A stretch of DNA of 40,138 nt, taken from a virus. Its lineage: Duplodnaviria; Caudoviricetes. Shown piece after piece: positions 1-7,922 of the stretch. Numbering within the stretch: position 1 is the stretch's first letter; every line of letters starts with the position of its first letter. Made by a program: the position numbers and the translations under genes. The notes under the pieces are model-generated. The model made no database searches, was not told where the DNA came from, and saw only the letters and a program-made list of their open reading frames with translations. The DNA is taken from IMG/VR virus record IMGVR_UViG_3300037440_000207, positions 1 through 40,138 of that record; one strand, written 5' to 3'.

Positions 1-127
1 GCACGAGTCGCACGAGTAGCACGAGGTGCACGAGTCGCACGAGGTGCACGAGTCGCACGAGGTGCACGAGTCGCACAAACGGCACGAGTTGCACGAGTTG
101 CACGAGTTGCACGAGTTGCACGAGTTG
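1..127. repeat. Terminal direct repeat (left copy), identical to 40012-40138; circular assembly overlap
   Basis: 1-127 matches 40012-40138, including the distinctive agtagcacgaggtgcacgagtcgcacgaggtg units; 127 is a common assembler k-mer size. Confidence 0.9.
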
Positions 128-156
128 CACGAGGTGCACGAGGTGCACGAGGTGCA
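1..156. repeat. 9-bp tandem array (gcacgagtt-type), left part of array B
   Basis: Tandem gcacgagtt/gcacgagtc/gcacgaggt units read directly. Confidence 0.95.
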
Positions 157-294
157 ATTCCAACAACTGAAATTTGTCACATTCATTTTTTCCCAGTTTG
201 GGTATTTTTCCGCGAATTCTGGGGAAACGCCATTTGCGCTTTTGTCTTCGCGGTTTAAAAATGCTTCGTGAGTGTTAAATATTTGAGTTTTCAT
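1..294 (-). CDS. 5' part of Cys-x-x repeat protein, paralog B; continues across the circular junction into 40011..39355 (about 316 aa in total)
   Basis: ATG at 294 reads MKTQIFNTHEAFLNREDKSANGVSPEFAEKYPNWEKMNVTNFSCWNCTSCTS..., nearly identical to the N-terminus of 2515..3402; joined length 294+657=951 nt stays in frame. Confidence 0.85.
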   Translation of the reverse strand, partial: MKTQIFNTHEAFLNREDKSANGVSPEFAEKYPNWEKMNVTNFSCWNCTSCTSCTSCNSCNSCNSCNSCNSCRLCDSCTSCDSCTSCDSCTSCYSCDSC

Positions 295-297
295 TTT

Positions 298-594
298 TCA
301 CCTTTCAAACATTGAGTTAGAGATTATCGTTAAAATTCTATCGCGAATAAGTTTTGGCGAACGCGTTTCTGTTTTCAAAACGTCGATAATTCCATCAAGC
401 AATTCTCGCGCAAAATAGATTTGCTCACCTAGTAATTCCTCGCGGCGCTCTTGCGTTTCTTCCGCCGCGCTGGTGATCATAACTTCATGGTCTTCGTTAA
501 AAAACCTCACTTCCAATTCGCGCGCGAATTCCTCGGCACCAGCGGGGGCGTGATACGTTAAGACTTCTTGAAATGTAGCGTTGCTTGGTATCAT
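298..594 (-). CDS. Hypothetical acidic protein (98 aa), first gene after a predicted early promoter
   Basis: ORF with AGGAG RBS upstream (plus-strand ctcct at 604-608). Confidence 0.75.
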   Translation of the reverse strand: MIPSNATFQEVLTYHAPAGAEEFARELEVRFFNEDHEVMITSAAEETQERREELLGEQIYFARELLDGIIDVLKTETRSPKLIRDRILTIISNSMFER

Positions 595-627
595 TTTCGC
601 GACTCCTGAATCTGGTGGGCCTTTTCC

Positions 628-688
628 TAAACAACGAAATCAGTATAAGCGAACGAAACGGATAATGTAAGCCTTTTTGCAAATAAAA
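628..688 (-). promoter_or_regulatory. Sigma70-like leftward promoter (TTACAT-17bp-TATACT) with A/T-rich upstream element
   Basis: -35 at 670..665, -10 at 647..642; flanks tttatttgcaaaaag and tttcgttgttta recur at 32989-33050. Confidence 0.65.
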
Positions 689-706
689 AGGCGCCCAAAG
701 GCGCCA
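683..706 (-). terminator. Rho-independent terminator after the DUF2815 gene
   Basis: Minus strand ggcgcc-tttg-ggcgcc followed by ttttta. Confidence 0.6.
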
Positions 707-719
707 AAACGGTCAAATT

Positions 720-1274
720 TTAATCAAGATCATCGAATTCGTCGTCTGAATCCCCGTCCTCGGTGAATTCCGCAAATTCGCTGGCCGCTGACTTGCGGCC
801 GTCCATCCGCTCCCCTTTTCCGCCGCGTAGCATCAGGTTATTGAAACCGGCCGCGACCCCTGGTTTACCGCCATCTTTGCTGTCGAAGGAGTAAAGCGAT
901 ATCGACACAGTGAAAACCGCGCCGCTGTAGCACTGTTCGTCAATTTCAACATCAGTGGCGGCCTTACCGAATCGGTTTACAATTCCAGGTGGGTTGCCAG
1001 AATTGGCGTTTAGAAAATACATCCCTTCGTATTCGTCACCGTCGCGTTCTTCATCACCGTCGCGTAACGGGAGTTTGAGGCGCGCCGCTTTCACTGCATC
1101 CCCAAAAGCTGCCTTAGCAATTCGGGTTTGCGCGGCTTTAAGTTTTTTAGCTAATTCGCTATCCTTGGGGATTAGCGGTTGAATTTGGTATTTTTCATGC
1201 TTATTCGTTTTTGTCGCAAATACAAAAGAGCAACGAACGTTATTTAAAATAATAGTTTCAGATACGCGTTTCAT
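720..1274 (-). CDS. DUF2815-family single-stranded DNA-binding protein
   Basis: NVRCSF, LPLRDGDEERD, YSGA, GVAAGFNN, GERMDG motifs; acidic C-terminal tail; next to DUF2800. Confidence 0.9.
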   Translation of the reverse strand: MKRVSETIILNNVRCSFVFATKTNKHEKYQIQPLIPKDSELAKKLKAAQTRIAKAAFGDAVKAARLKLPLRDGDEERDGDEYEGMYFLNANSGNPPGIVNRFGKAATDVEIDEQCYSGAVFTVSISLYSFDSKDGGKPGVAAGFNNLMLRGGKGERMDGRKSAASEFAEFTEDGDSDDEFDDLD

Positions 1275-1276
1275 TT

Positions 1277-2518
1277 TTAAAGTTCCTCGGTTTCGATATA
1301 ATTTTCAAATTCAGTTTCTGCGTTTGCTCGCGCTGGTGGTCGCTTATCGGACACTGGTACAAGTGTTAATTTTCCGTCTGGTTTTTCGGTGATTTCCTCC
1401 ATTATGGTTGCAAATAGTTTTTTGTCTGACAATTTTGATTTTAGCGTTTTTTCAATGGCGCCTAGTCCTTTTGGTTTCCGCTCATATAAATCATTTTCTT
1501 CTAAATGGTCTAACAGCGGCGACGTTATTTCATCAAACGCATTCGCAGTAAATCGGCGGGTTGCTCGCCCGTTTACTAACTTGTAATCACTGGTAAATTC
1601 ATCACTACCGCTAATTAATGATTCAAAAATGTAATGTTCAACCGCTGCTAAAAAATCAATGATTAGTTTTTTGTTATGCATTATCTGCAATTTTTGCTTA
1701 GCAGTTGTTGCCTCCAGTTCCACACAAATAAAATCGGCAAATTCACTCATTAAAGTTTCTTCCGCTTTTTTCAACATTTGCGGGCAATGTGCTTTTGCGG
1801 GACAAAAGCGGCACCCTTCTTCGCTAACTTTTAGCGGCGCGTCTGGTTCCAACGTTGCACGCGCTGCTGGCAATAATTCGTTATTTTCCCAATCTTGTAA
1901 ATCATCCAACGATATTTGCCAACTATCAATGTGATGTAATCTCGGTTGCGCAATGGTGATTTTTATTTCTGCGTATTTGTCCTTATCTTTTATCATGTAC
2001 GCAGTTGCAGCGGCATAGCAAAGCGCTTGAAAATTGTCAGCCGCATCGACCTTAACGCCTCGCCCATGCTTGTAGTCGATTACCTCAATTTTAACAATTT
2101 TGCCAGTTTTAATATCTCGAAATATTAAAATCACGTCAGCAGTGCCACCGTCTAATCCTGGGATTTTATGGTGTTTTAGACTGACTTTTTGCTCAACAAT
2201 TATTTCGCAAGTTTGACCGCTAAACGCCGCGCACTCAATTTGTTCGCGCACATAATCAAGCGACTGCTGTACCGCGTTAGTCATTTCCTCATTAACGATA
2301 AAAGTAAAACCTTCTTCGATAAAAACTGCACCTATAAAGCTGTCCGCGTTTTTGGCAGTCACTAAACACTGTTCGTGGATGTGATGCGCTACAGTGCCCT
2401 CAGCGGTGTATCTATTTGGTTTTTCAACTTTGCGGAATTTATCTATAAACGCAACACTACCTGGACAAGTTGCCCAGCGCTTCCCGCTGGATGGGGATAA
2501 TTTAGCATGACTGCTCAT
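1277..2518 (-). CDS. DUF2800-family Cas4-like PD-(D/E)XK nuclease
   Basis: HAKLSPSS..RW..CPGS, EGTVAH, GTAD, IDYKHGRG, QPR, CRFCPAK..C motifs; ATG at 2518 overlaps the upstream stop (ATGA). Confidence 0.9.
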   Translation of the reverse strand: MSSHAKLSPSSGKRWATCPGSVAFIDKFRKVEKPNRYTAEGTVAHHIHEQCLVTAKNADSFIGAVFIEEGFTFIVNEEMTNAVQQSLDYVREQIECAAFSGQTCEIIVEQKVSLKHHKIPGLDGGTADVILIFRDIKTGKIVKIEVIDYKHGRGVKVDAADNFQALCYAAATAYMIKDKDKYAEIKITIAQPRLHHIDSWQISLDDLQDWENNELLPAARATLEPDAPLKVSEEGCRFCPAKAHCPQMLKKAEETLMSEFADFICVELEATTAKQKLQIMHNKKLIIDFLAAVEHYIFESLISGSDEFTSDYKLVNGRATRRFTANAFDEITSPLLDHLEENDLYERKPKGLGAIEKTLKSKLSDKKLFATIMEEITEKPDGKLTLVPVSDKRPPARANAETEFENYIETEEL

Positions 2519-3402
2519 TTCTGTTCTTTCTCCCATCCAGCAAACTCAAGAATTGATTTCTTCGCAATTTCGTTATCGGTATAAAAATCGCGAAACTCAG
2601 GGAATCGAGCAGATGACACTTTATAAATACACATTGCGGCGAAAGGTGTTGACGTTGCTTTTTCAAGCGCTTTGCCTTGTTCTCCTGCTAATTCGACAAC
2701 CCATCCTGCGCGGCAATGCGTTGTGCCGCACGGGGAATGCCATTGTGACATTTCCAGAGCATTTATTTGCTCTGCTATTTTTTGATGAATATTTTCAATA
2801 ACTGGAACTTCCGGCATATTTTCGCCGGTTTTGTTTTTGCACAAACGGCACGAGTCGCACAAACGGCACGAGTCGCACGAGTCGCACGAGTTGCACAAAC
2901 GGCACGAGTTGCACGAGTAGCACGAGCGGCACGAGTTGCACGAGTCGCACGAGTCGCACGAGTCGCACGAGTAGCACGAGTTGCACAAATGGCACGAGCG
3001 GCACGAGTTGCACGAGTCGCACGAGTCGCACGAGTCGCACGAGTTGCACGAGTAGCACGAGCGGCACGAGTTGCACGAGTCGCACGAGTTGCACGAGTTG
3101 CACCAGTTGCACCAGTTGCACCAGTTGCACCAGTTGCACGAGTTGCACGAGTTGCACGAGTTGCACGAGCGGCACCAGTTGCACGAGTTGCACGAGTTGC
3201 ACGAGTTGCACGAGCGGCACCAGTTGCACGAGTTGCACGAGTTGCACGAGTTGCACGAGGTGCAATTCCAACAGCTGGAATTTGTCGAATTCATTTGCTC
3301 CCAGTTTGGGTATTTTTCCACGAATTCCGGGGAAACGCCGTTTGCGCTTTTATCTTCGCGGTTTAAAAATTCTTCGTAAGTGTTAAATATTTGAGTTTTC
3401 AT
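2515..3402 (-). CDS. Cys-x-x repeat protein, paralog A (295 aa): 43-aa N-terminus, about 49 Cxx triplets, 105-aa C-terminal WH..CGTTHCRAGW domain
   Basis: ATGA coupling at both ends; unique N- and C-terminal regions are in frame across the array and conserved in paralog B. Confidence 0.9.
   Translation of the reverse strand: MKTQIFNTYEEFLNREDKSANGVSPEFVEKYPNWEQMNSTNSSCWNCTSCNSCNSCNSCNWCRSCNSCNSCNSCNWCRSCNSCNSCNSCNWCNWCNWCNWCNSCNSCDSCNSCRSCYSCNSCDSCDSCDSCNSCRSCHLCNSCYSCDSCDSCDSCNSCRSCYSCNSCRLCNSCDSCDSCRLCDSCRLCKNKTGENMPEVPVIENIHQKIAEQINALEMSQWHSPCGTTHCRAGWVVELAGEQGKALEKATSTPFAAMCIYKVSSARFPEFRDFYTDNEIAKKSILEFAGWEKEQK
2839..3264. repeat. 9-bp tandem array A (coding unit TGC AAC TCG and variants), about 47 units
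   Basis: Read directly; higher-order 45-bp blocks (CNS CNS CNS CNW CRS). Confidence 0.95.
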
Positions 3403-3596
3403 TTTTCGTTTCCTATTTTCATTAAATATTTTTGGTTAACAGCGCGATTGAAATTTGCAATTATCCAATATGTTTCATTAGCGTGGCCCGATTCGTATTT
3501 TTTCACTACTGTAACAACCATGCCTATCATATCTGAATTTCCAATAATCATGCAAATGGAACCAATACCTATTGGTAATTCTCTAAATGGTTCCAT
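3399..3596 (-). CDS. Hypothetical protein (65 aa, MEPFRELPIG...)
   Basis: GGAGG RBS upstream of ATG 3596; ATGA coupling to the gene starting at 3402. Confidence 0.65.
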   Translation of the reverse strand: MEPFRELPIGIGSICMIIGNSDMIGMVVTVVKKYESGHANETYWIIANFNRAVNQKYLMKIGNEK

Positions 3597-3933
3597 TTTG
3601 TATCGCCTCCAAAATTTCACTCTTTTGTTCTTGCGTGAATTGATTCCAATCTCTAATTTGCTCGACTGTTCTGCCACATCCCCTGCAAATGTTATCGCCG
3701 GTCGAAGTGGTACAAATACCCACGCATGGATGCGCATTCGGTTTCTTCCAGATCAAATATTCCCGCGTTGGATTTTCAGTTAATAATTTTGCTATTTTGC
3801 AAGACAAGTCGTTCAATGAGATTTTTTCAATGTTAATGCAATACCGCCGTTGGTCTAAGTTGTAGACAACATATTCGTCTTTCAAAACTGCCGCGTATTT
3901 GTAGCAAACAACGGAATCGCGCGGCTCACTCAT
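3583..3933 (-). CDS. DUF1289 domain protein (Cys cluster, putative metal or Fe-S binding) with N-terminal extension
   Basis: PCVGIC...ICRGCGRT..QI.DW....QEQK motif; ATG 3933 overlaps the upstream stop. Confidence 0.8.
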   Translation of the reverse strand: MSEPRDSVVCYKYAAVLKDEYVVYNLDQRRYCINIEKISLNDLSCKIAKLLTENPTREYLIWKKPNAHPCVGICTTSTGDNICRGCGRTVEQIRDWNQFTQEQKSEILEAIQNGTI

Positions 3934-4115
3934 TTCGGCGAGTTCCACTTTTCAGTATTTTTCGGATTTATTTTTAACTTTTCGCGCAACACGTCAAAAT
4001 CTAATTCGCGGCTAGGGTTTTGAATTTTTCCGCCGCGCGCTAAAAATTCTCGCGTTTGAATTTCAATTTCACGCTGTTGTTTAATGCGTTCGGTAGGAAT
4101 TGTTGGGCGGGACAT
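3930..4115 (-). CDS. Small protein with SutA-like RNA polymerase-binding motif
   Basis: REIEIQTREFLARGGKIQ resembles the conserved SutA core (EFLARGGKV); AAGGA RBS. Confidence 0.65.
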   Translation of the reverse strand: MSRPTIPTERIKQQREIEIQTREFLARGGKIQNPSRELDFDVLREKLKINPKNTEKWNSPK

Positions 4116-4140
4116 TTTTCGTTTTTCCTTTTGCAGTTTA

Positions 4141-4345
4141 GAATGGCCGTTTCAACAGCAAGGTGGCCAGCCTTGTTTGGGGAGGCGTAGGGGTTTCGCC
4201 CTCTGTCTATCCTTACCAGCGGAGAAAGGCACGCTGGTGATGGAATTCAGTGGACGTTTACGCTTCCGTGCGAAGGTGCCCAACCTTTTACATCAAAATT
4301 AAAACGCGTTTTCCCCATCCATGGGCGCGGCCGCCGCCTTAGTCC
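4141..4345. other. GC-rich structured intergenic region (candidate ncRNA or cis-regulatory RNA)
   Basis: Consecutive hairpins: caagg/ccttg, aggcgtaggg/ccctctgtct, ttaccagcg/cgctggtga. Confidence 0.4.
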
Positions 4346-4349
4346 AATT

Positions 4350-4919
4350 TTAGATTACCGCTTTGAACAATCCCGCTAGGGATTTTGCGTCCAATTCTTC
4401 GAGAGTAGATAACGCCTCAGCGCCGAATTTGTCCATTACTTTTTTCGCAGCTTCGCGGCCATGCTCTTTGGCGTAGGCGCGAACGGCAGTTTTTACAGCT
4501 TCCGGGTCAACTTTAGCGGGTGCGGTTTCTTCTTCCTCGTCGTCGTCCCAGTCGTCGACGTCTTCGTCTGGTGCGGCAGCCACAGGCCCGGCCGCCCATG
4601 CGCGCAGCACATCCTTATATTTCGCCTCGGTAATGTTTTTGAGACTGCCGCGTAGGGTTTTGGCAGTTTCGATACCTAGGGTGTCCAGTACGGAGAGGCA
4701 GAATTCCTCACCATGTTCGGCTTTATTGGCCGCCGCTGCGCGCTTCACCGCAGCCGTGTAATCGTCAGTTGACGTGGGCGCAGCTGTTGGGGTTGACACG
4801 GGCGCAGCTGGCGTGCCAGCGCATCGGCCGTAGTCTCCGCTAAGTAAGATTTTGTTTATGGCGTCAATAGCAGGCGCATTTTCAGGCGTCAGCGCAACAG
4901 TATAAGTGACTGAATTCAT
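4350..4919 (-). CDS. Ala/Pro-rich acidic protein of the type usually encoded upstream of DUF2800-DUF2815
   Basis: C-terminal KEHGREAAKKVMDKFGAEALSTL motif, partly duplicated internally (KAEHGEEFCLSVLDTLG); acidic linker. Confidence 0.7.
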   Translation of the reverse strand: MNSVTYTVALTPENAPAIDAINKILLSGDYGRCAGTPAAPVSTPTAAPTSTDDYTAAVKRAAAANKAEHGEEFCLSVLDTLGIETAKTLRGSLKNITEAKYKDVLRAWAAGPVAAAPDEDVDDWDDDEEEETAPAKVDPEAVKTAVRAYAKEHGREAAKKVMDKFGAEALSTLEELDAKSLAGLFKAVI

Positions 4920-4964
4920 TGTTGATTTTCCCCTTCTTGAAGGTTTTCCGTTTAATTTTCGCGT

Positions 4965-5050
4965 GGGGAATTCCCCGGCACAGTTGGAACTTTAGCTGAT
5001 GAATTTTTATTTTGCAACCCCTGTTGTAAAAAATTTGTCAAGCTATACTA
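4965..5050. promoter_or_regulatory. Divergent control region: leftward promoter TTGCAA-17bp-TAAAGT, palindrome GGGGAATTCCCC, rightward -10 TATACT
   Basis: Minus -35 at 5017..5012 and -10 at 4994..4989; palindrome 4965-4976; plus TATACT 5044-5049; lies between divergent gene blocks. Confidence 0.55.
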
Positions 5051-5087
5051 TGGGACACCTTTACCCATCACGAGAGCTTATATCCAA

Positions 5088-5324
5088 ATGTTAATGACAC
5101 TCCCAGAACTGAAGAACGTCCAGCGCGGCGCCTTGGCCGCGCTCATTGATCACGCGGGCGGCCCTGCCCATCTGGCACTGATGCTAGGGCTTAGCTGCTC
5201 TACTATTAGCTGCTGGACAGTGCGCGGCGCTATCAGTCGCCCCGGTGCGCGCATGGTGGCCGCGCATCCCACACTGGGGAAAACCTTCAAACTGCAAGAC
5301 TTGCGCCCGGAACTGAAAGCCTAA
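5088..5324 (+). CDS. Cro-like helix-turn-helix regulator
   Basis: GG.AHLALMLGLS.STIS.W..RG.I HTH pattern and C-terminal DLRPE typical of Cro/YdaS-like proteins. Confidence 0.75.
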   Translation: MLMTLPELKNVQRGALAALIDHAGGPAHLALMLGLSCSTISCWTVRGAISRPGARMVAAHPTLGKTFKLQDLRPELKA

Positions 5325-5339
5325 AATAAGGGGTTCGCT

Positions 5340-7922
5340 ATGGTGTTCGATAATAGGCAACTTCGCGCCTACGCTAAACTGTCCCCGAAATTTGTGCCAG
5401 TGCACCCGTGGAACAAATCCATTAACGGCAAACCCGCAGGGAAAATGCCCGCTGACGCAGATTGGCAAAATAAACGTTACGCGCCGGATGCGTATAAAGG
5501 ATGGGCATCCAAAGGGTATAATCTCGGCTACCGCGTTAAAGATGACGAGGTTGTCATTGACCTTGATCCGCGAAACTACGCGGGGATTGACGTTGAGCAA
5601 CTAATCGCAGAAGCCTTTGGGTTTTTCGATTTTGAGGAATTAGAATGGGAAGTGCCGATTGTTCGTACTGGTGGGGGTGGCTACCATATTTATTGCACTT
5701 TACCAGATTGGGAATTGATTTCTGGTTTGCGCGAAACAATCCCTGAACTTCCCGGAGCTGAATTCAAGAAAAAAGGCCGCCAAGTGTTAGCTGCCGGTAG
5801 TAAACATCCAAATGGAAACTTTTACAAATGGTTAAATGATTCCCCTCGCGTCCCGCTACCAGAAGAACTACTGCGAAAACTAGAATTCACAAAACCCGCT
5901 AAGACCGGGGCAAATCAAGGGGTTTTGACGGGCGAGCAACTGCGCGAATTGGTATTAGATAAACTTAACCCATGTTTATATGACACCAACGACACTTGGT
6001 TTCCGGTTTTGTGCGGCGCGCATCATGCGACTGATGGCGCAGGCTCTGATGTTTTTGTCGAATGGTGCTTGCGTGATGAATTTTTTGTTGATGATGAAAA
6101 CAGTATACGGGCGCGTTGGGATTCTCTTAGCGGAAAAGAAAATAGCATCACTGTCGGAACGCTGATTAACGAATTGAAGAAAAGTGGGGAAGATACGCGC
6201 AGCGTAAAGGCGGTTTTGCAATTTAACGAAGCTGGCACGTTTGATGACTCGAGTGAAGATGAAAGCGAGGAAGGCGACGGCGGCGACGACGCAATAATCA
6301 AAAACGCAAAGAAAGTCGCTTCTTCCATAGATTTGGGTGATTTTTTTGATGAACCTGGTGAGGATTTTTCTAATGGTGTTGATGGTAAAGCGGTCGAGTT
6401 CGCTAAAAACTTAAACGCCGATTGCTCAGAAGATGATTTGATAAAATGCCTTCGCCTGATTAAAGCAGCGTCTATTATTGAGGCCGGGCGCGCGGAAGAT
6501 ATTCTCGTTGCTAAGAAATTAGTGTCTCGCAGCAAATTGAGCAAGCTTTTAGCGAAACTTGACGCGCAGATAAATACCGACCTTGCGCGAGTTATTGCAG
6601 ATAAAGCGTTATCAGAAATATTCAACAACAAAAAACACATTACATATACGCCGGGCGGCATATGGTATATGTACTCTAAAACCCACTGGGCGCCCATTAG
6701 TGAGGCTTTTTTAGGAAGAATGACGTTAAGCCTCATTGATGAATTAAAAAAGAAAATAGATATAAAAGTAAAGGAGGCTACCTTAGTTAGCGAAGTTGTA
6801 AAATTGATACAACTGCAAATCGCTACAAAAACCGACCTTTTGCACTCTCCCAAAGATTTACCCGCGAGCGTCATTAATTGTAAAAATGGCGAGTTGTGGA
6901 TGAATAATGATGGTTCTCATAAACTGAAACCGCATAAATTCAATAGCTATCAACTGAATTGTTTAGGTGTTAATTACTCTCCCGATGCAGAGTGCCCACT
7001 TTTCATGCAAACACTAAAGGAGATATTTCGCGACTTCTCTGATACGGACGACATTATCCGCCATATCGGTGAAATTATGGGGTATATCGCACAACCTAAA
7101 AAAAATATTGCCGCATGGTGGTTATTAAAAGGCCCAGGTGGTGATGGAAAATCAACATTACTTAAAATTTTAGGCGGAATTCTGGAAGATTCGCAAATGA
7201 TGGGAACCGCTAGTATGTTGGATATTGGTAGTTCTATCGGCGATTCTCACTTAAGCCATTCTTTTATAGGTAAACTTAATATTGTCATTGAAGAATTGCC
7301 CGCGCGCTTTACGCTAAACGATGCAGGGTTAAAAATGATGAGCGAAAACACCAAAATGACCGCTAACCCAAAGGGGCGCGACCGCTTCCCTTTCCAGTAT
7401 TGTGGTAGCTTGGTGATGTGCGCAAATCGCTACCCAGCATCCCGCGACTTCACCCATGCCATGATGAGGCGGGCAAATGTGATCCCTTTTAGTCGGCAGT
7501 TTACCAATTCAGGTGAGCAAGATTTAGACCGCGCGGAAAAAATCCTAAATAGTCCGACGGAAATGGCCGGGATTCTTAATTTCATGCTGGAGGGGTTGCA
7601 GCGATTACGCCAAAGGGGTGGATTTCTGGTACCGGAAACTTGCGAAAAAGCCAAATTAGAATGGATTGGCTGCGCGAATAATGTCGTTAAGTTTACTCAA
7701 GATGTTATTTTTAGAGGGGACGCTGAACAATTTATCGGAACTCTAGGTGACTTACATGGAATACACTATCAGCTATGGTGCCAGGAAAACGACATTGAAG
7801 AAAAATTAAGATTAGGAAAAAAGAATTTTTCCCTTGCTTTGCAAGAACTAGGGTTTGTTGTTAAAAAAGCGGGAAAAAATATTACCAAAGTTTTCGGCGG
7901 GGAATTGTTCGAGGATGATTAG
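5340..7922 (+). CDS. Primase-helicase (Prim-Pol, PriCT-2, D5_N, SF3 helicase; P4 alpha-like)
   Basis: VIDLDPRN, RTGGGGYHIY, GSKHPNG, INCKNG, Walker A GPGGDGKST, Walker B IVIEE, RRANVIPF. Confidence 0.92.
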   Translation: MVFDNRQLRAYAKLSPKFVPVHPWNKSINGKPAGKMPADADWQNKRYAPDAYKGWASKGYNLGYRVKDDEVVIDLDPRNYAGIDVEQLIAEAFGFFDFEELEWEVPIVRTGGGGYHIYCTLPDWELISGLRETIPELPGAEFKKKGRQVLAAGSKHPNGNFYKWLNDSPRVPLPEELLRKLEFTKPAKTGANQGVLTGEQLRELVLDKLNPCLYDTNDTWFPVLCGAHHATDGAGSDVFVEWCLRDEFFVDDENSIRARWDSLSGKENSITVGTLINELKKSGEDTRSVKAVLQFNEAGTFDDSSEDESEEGDGGDDAIIKNAKKVASSIDLGDFFDEPGEDFSNGVDGKAVEFAKNLNADCSEDDLIKCLRLIKAASIIEAGRAEDILVAKKLVSRSKLSKLLAKLDAQINTDLARVIADKALSEIFNNKKHITYTPGGIWYMYSKTHWAPISEAFLGRMTLSLIDELKKKIDIKVKEATLVSEVVKLIQLQIATKTDLLHSPKDLPASVINCKNGELWMNNDGSHKLKPHKFNSYQLNCLGVNYSPDAECPLFMQTLKEIFRDFSDTDDIIRHIGEIMGYIAQPKKNIAAWWLLKGPGGDGKSTLLKILGGILEDSQMMGTASMLDIGSSIGDSHLSHSFIGKLNIVIEELPARFTLNDAGLKMMSENTKMTANPKGRDRFPFQYCGSLVMCANRYPASRDFTHAMMRRANVIPFSRQFTNSGEQDLDRAEKILNSPTEMAGILNFMLEGLQRLRQRGGFLVPETCEKAKLEWIGCANNVVKFTQDVIFRGDAEQFIGTLGDLHGIHYQLWCQENDIEEKLRLGKKNFSLALQELGFVVKKAGKNITKVFGGELFEDD

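Noticed and set aside
1-156. CRISPR array
   Set aside because: Units are contiguous 9-mers with no unique spacers, lie inside a CDS, and there is no cas operon; DUF2800 is a common Cas4-like phage nuclease
2767-3379. His-rich (HEL), ARV and VQL repeat ORFs in other frames, also at 26..271, 39635..40132 and 39671..40030
   Set aside because: By-products of a 9-bp unit lacking stops in most frames; only the Cys frame has coupled starts and stops and conserved unique domains on both sides
4084-4302. 72-aa plus-strand ORF across the structured intergenic region
   Set aside because: No RBS, opposes the operon, overlaps the SutA-like gene start and has no protein-like features
6023-6874. Long antisense ORFs (also 16330..16854, 19967..20470, 22180..22683, 29082..29495)
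   Set aside because: Shadow frames opposite well-supported genes, with no recognisable motifs
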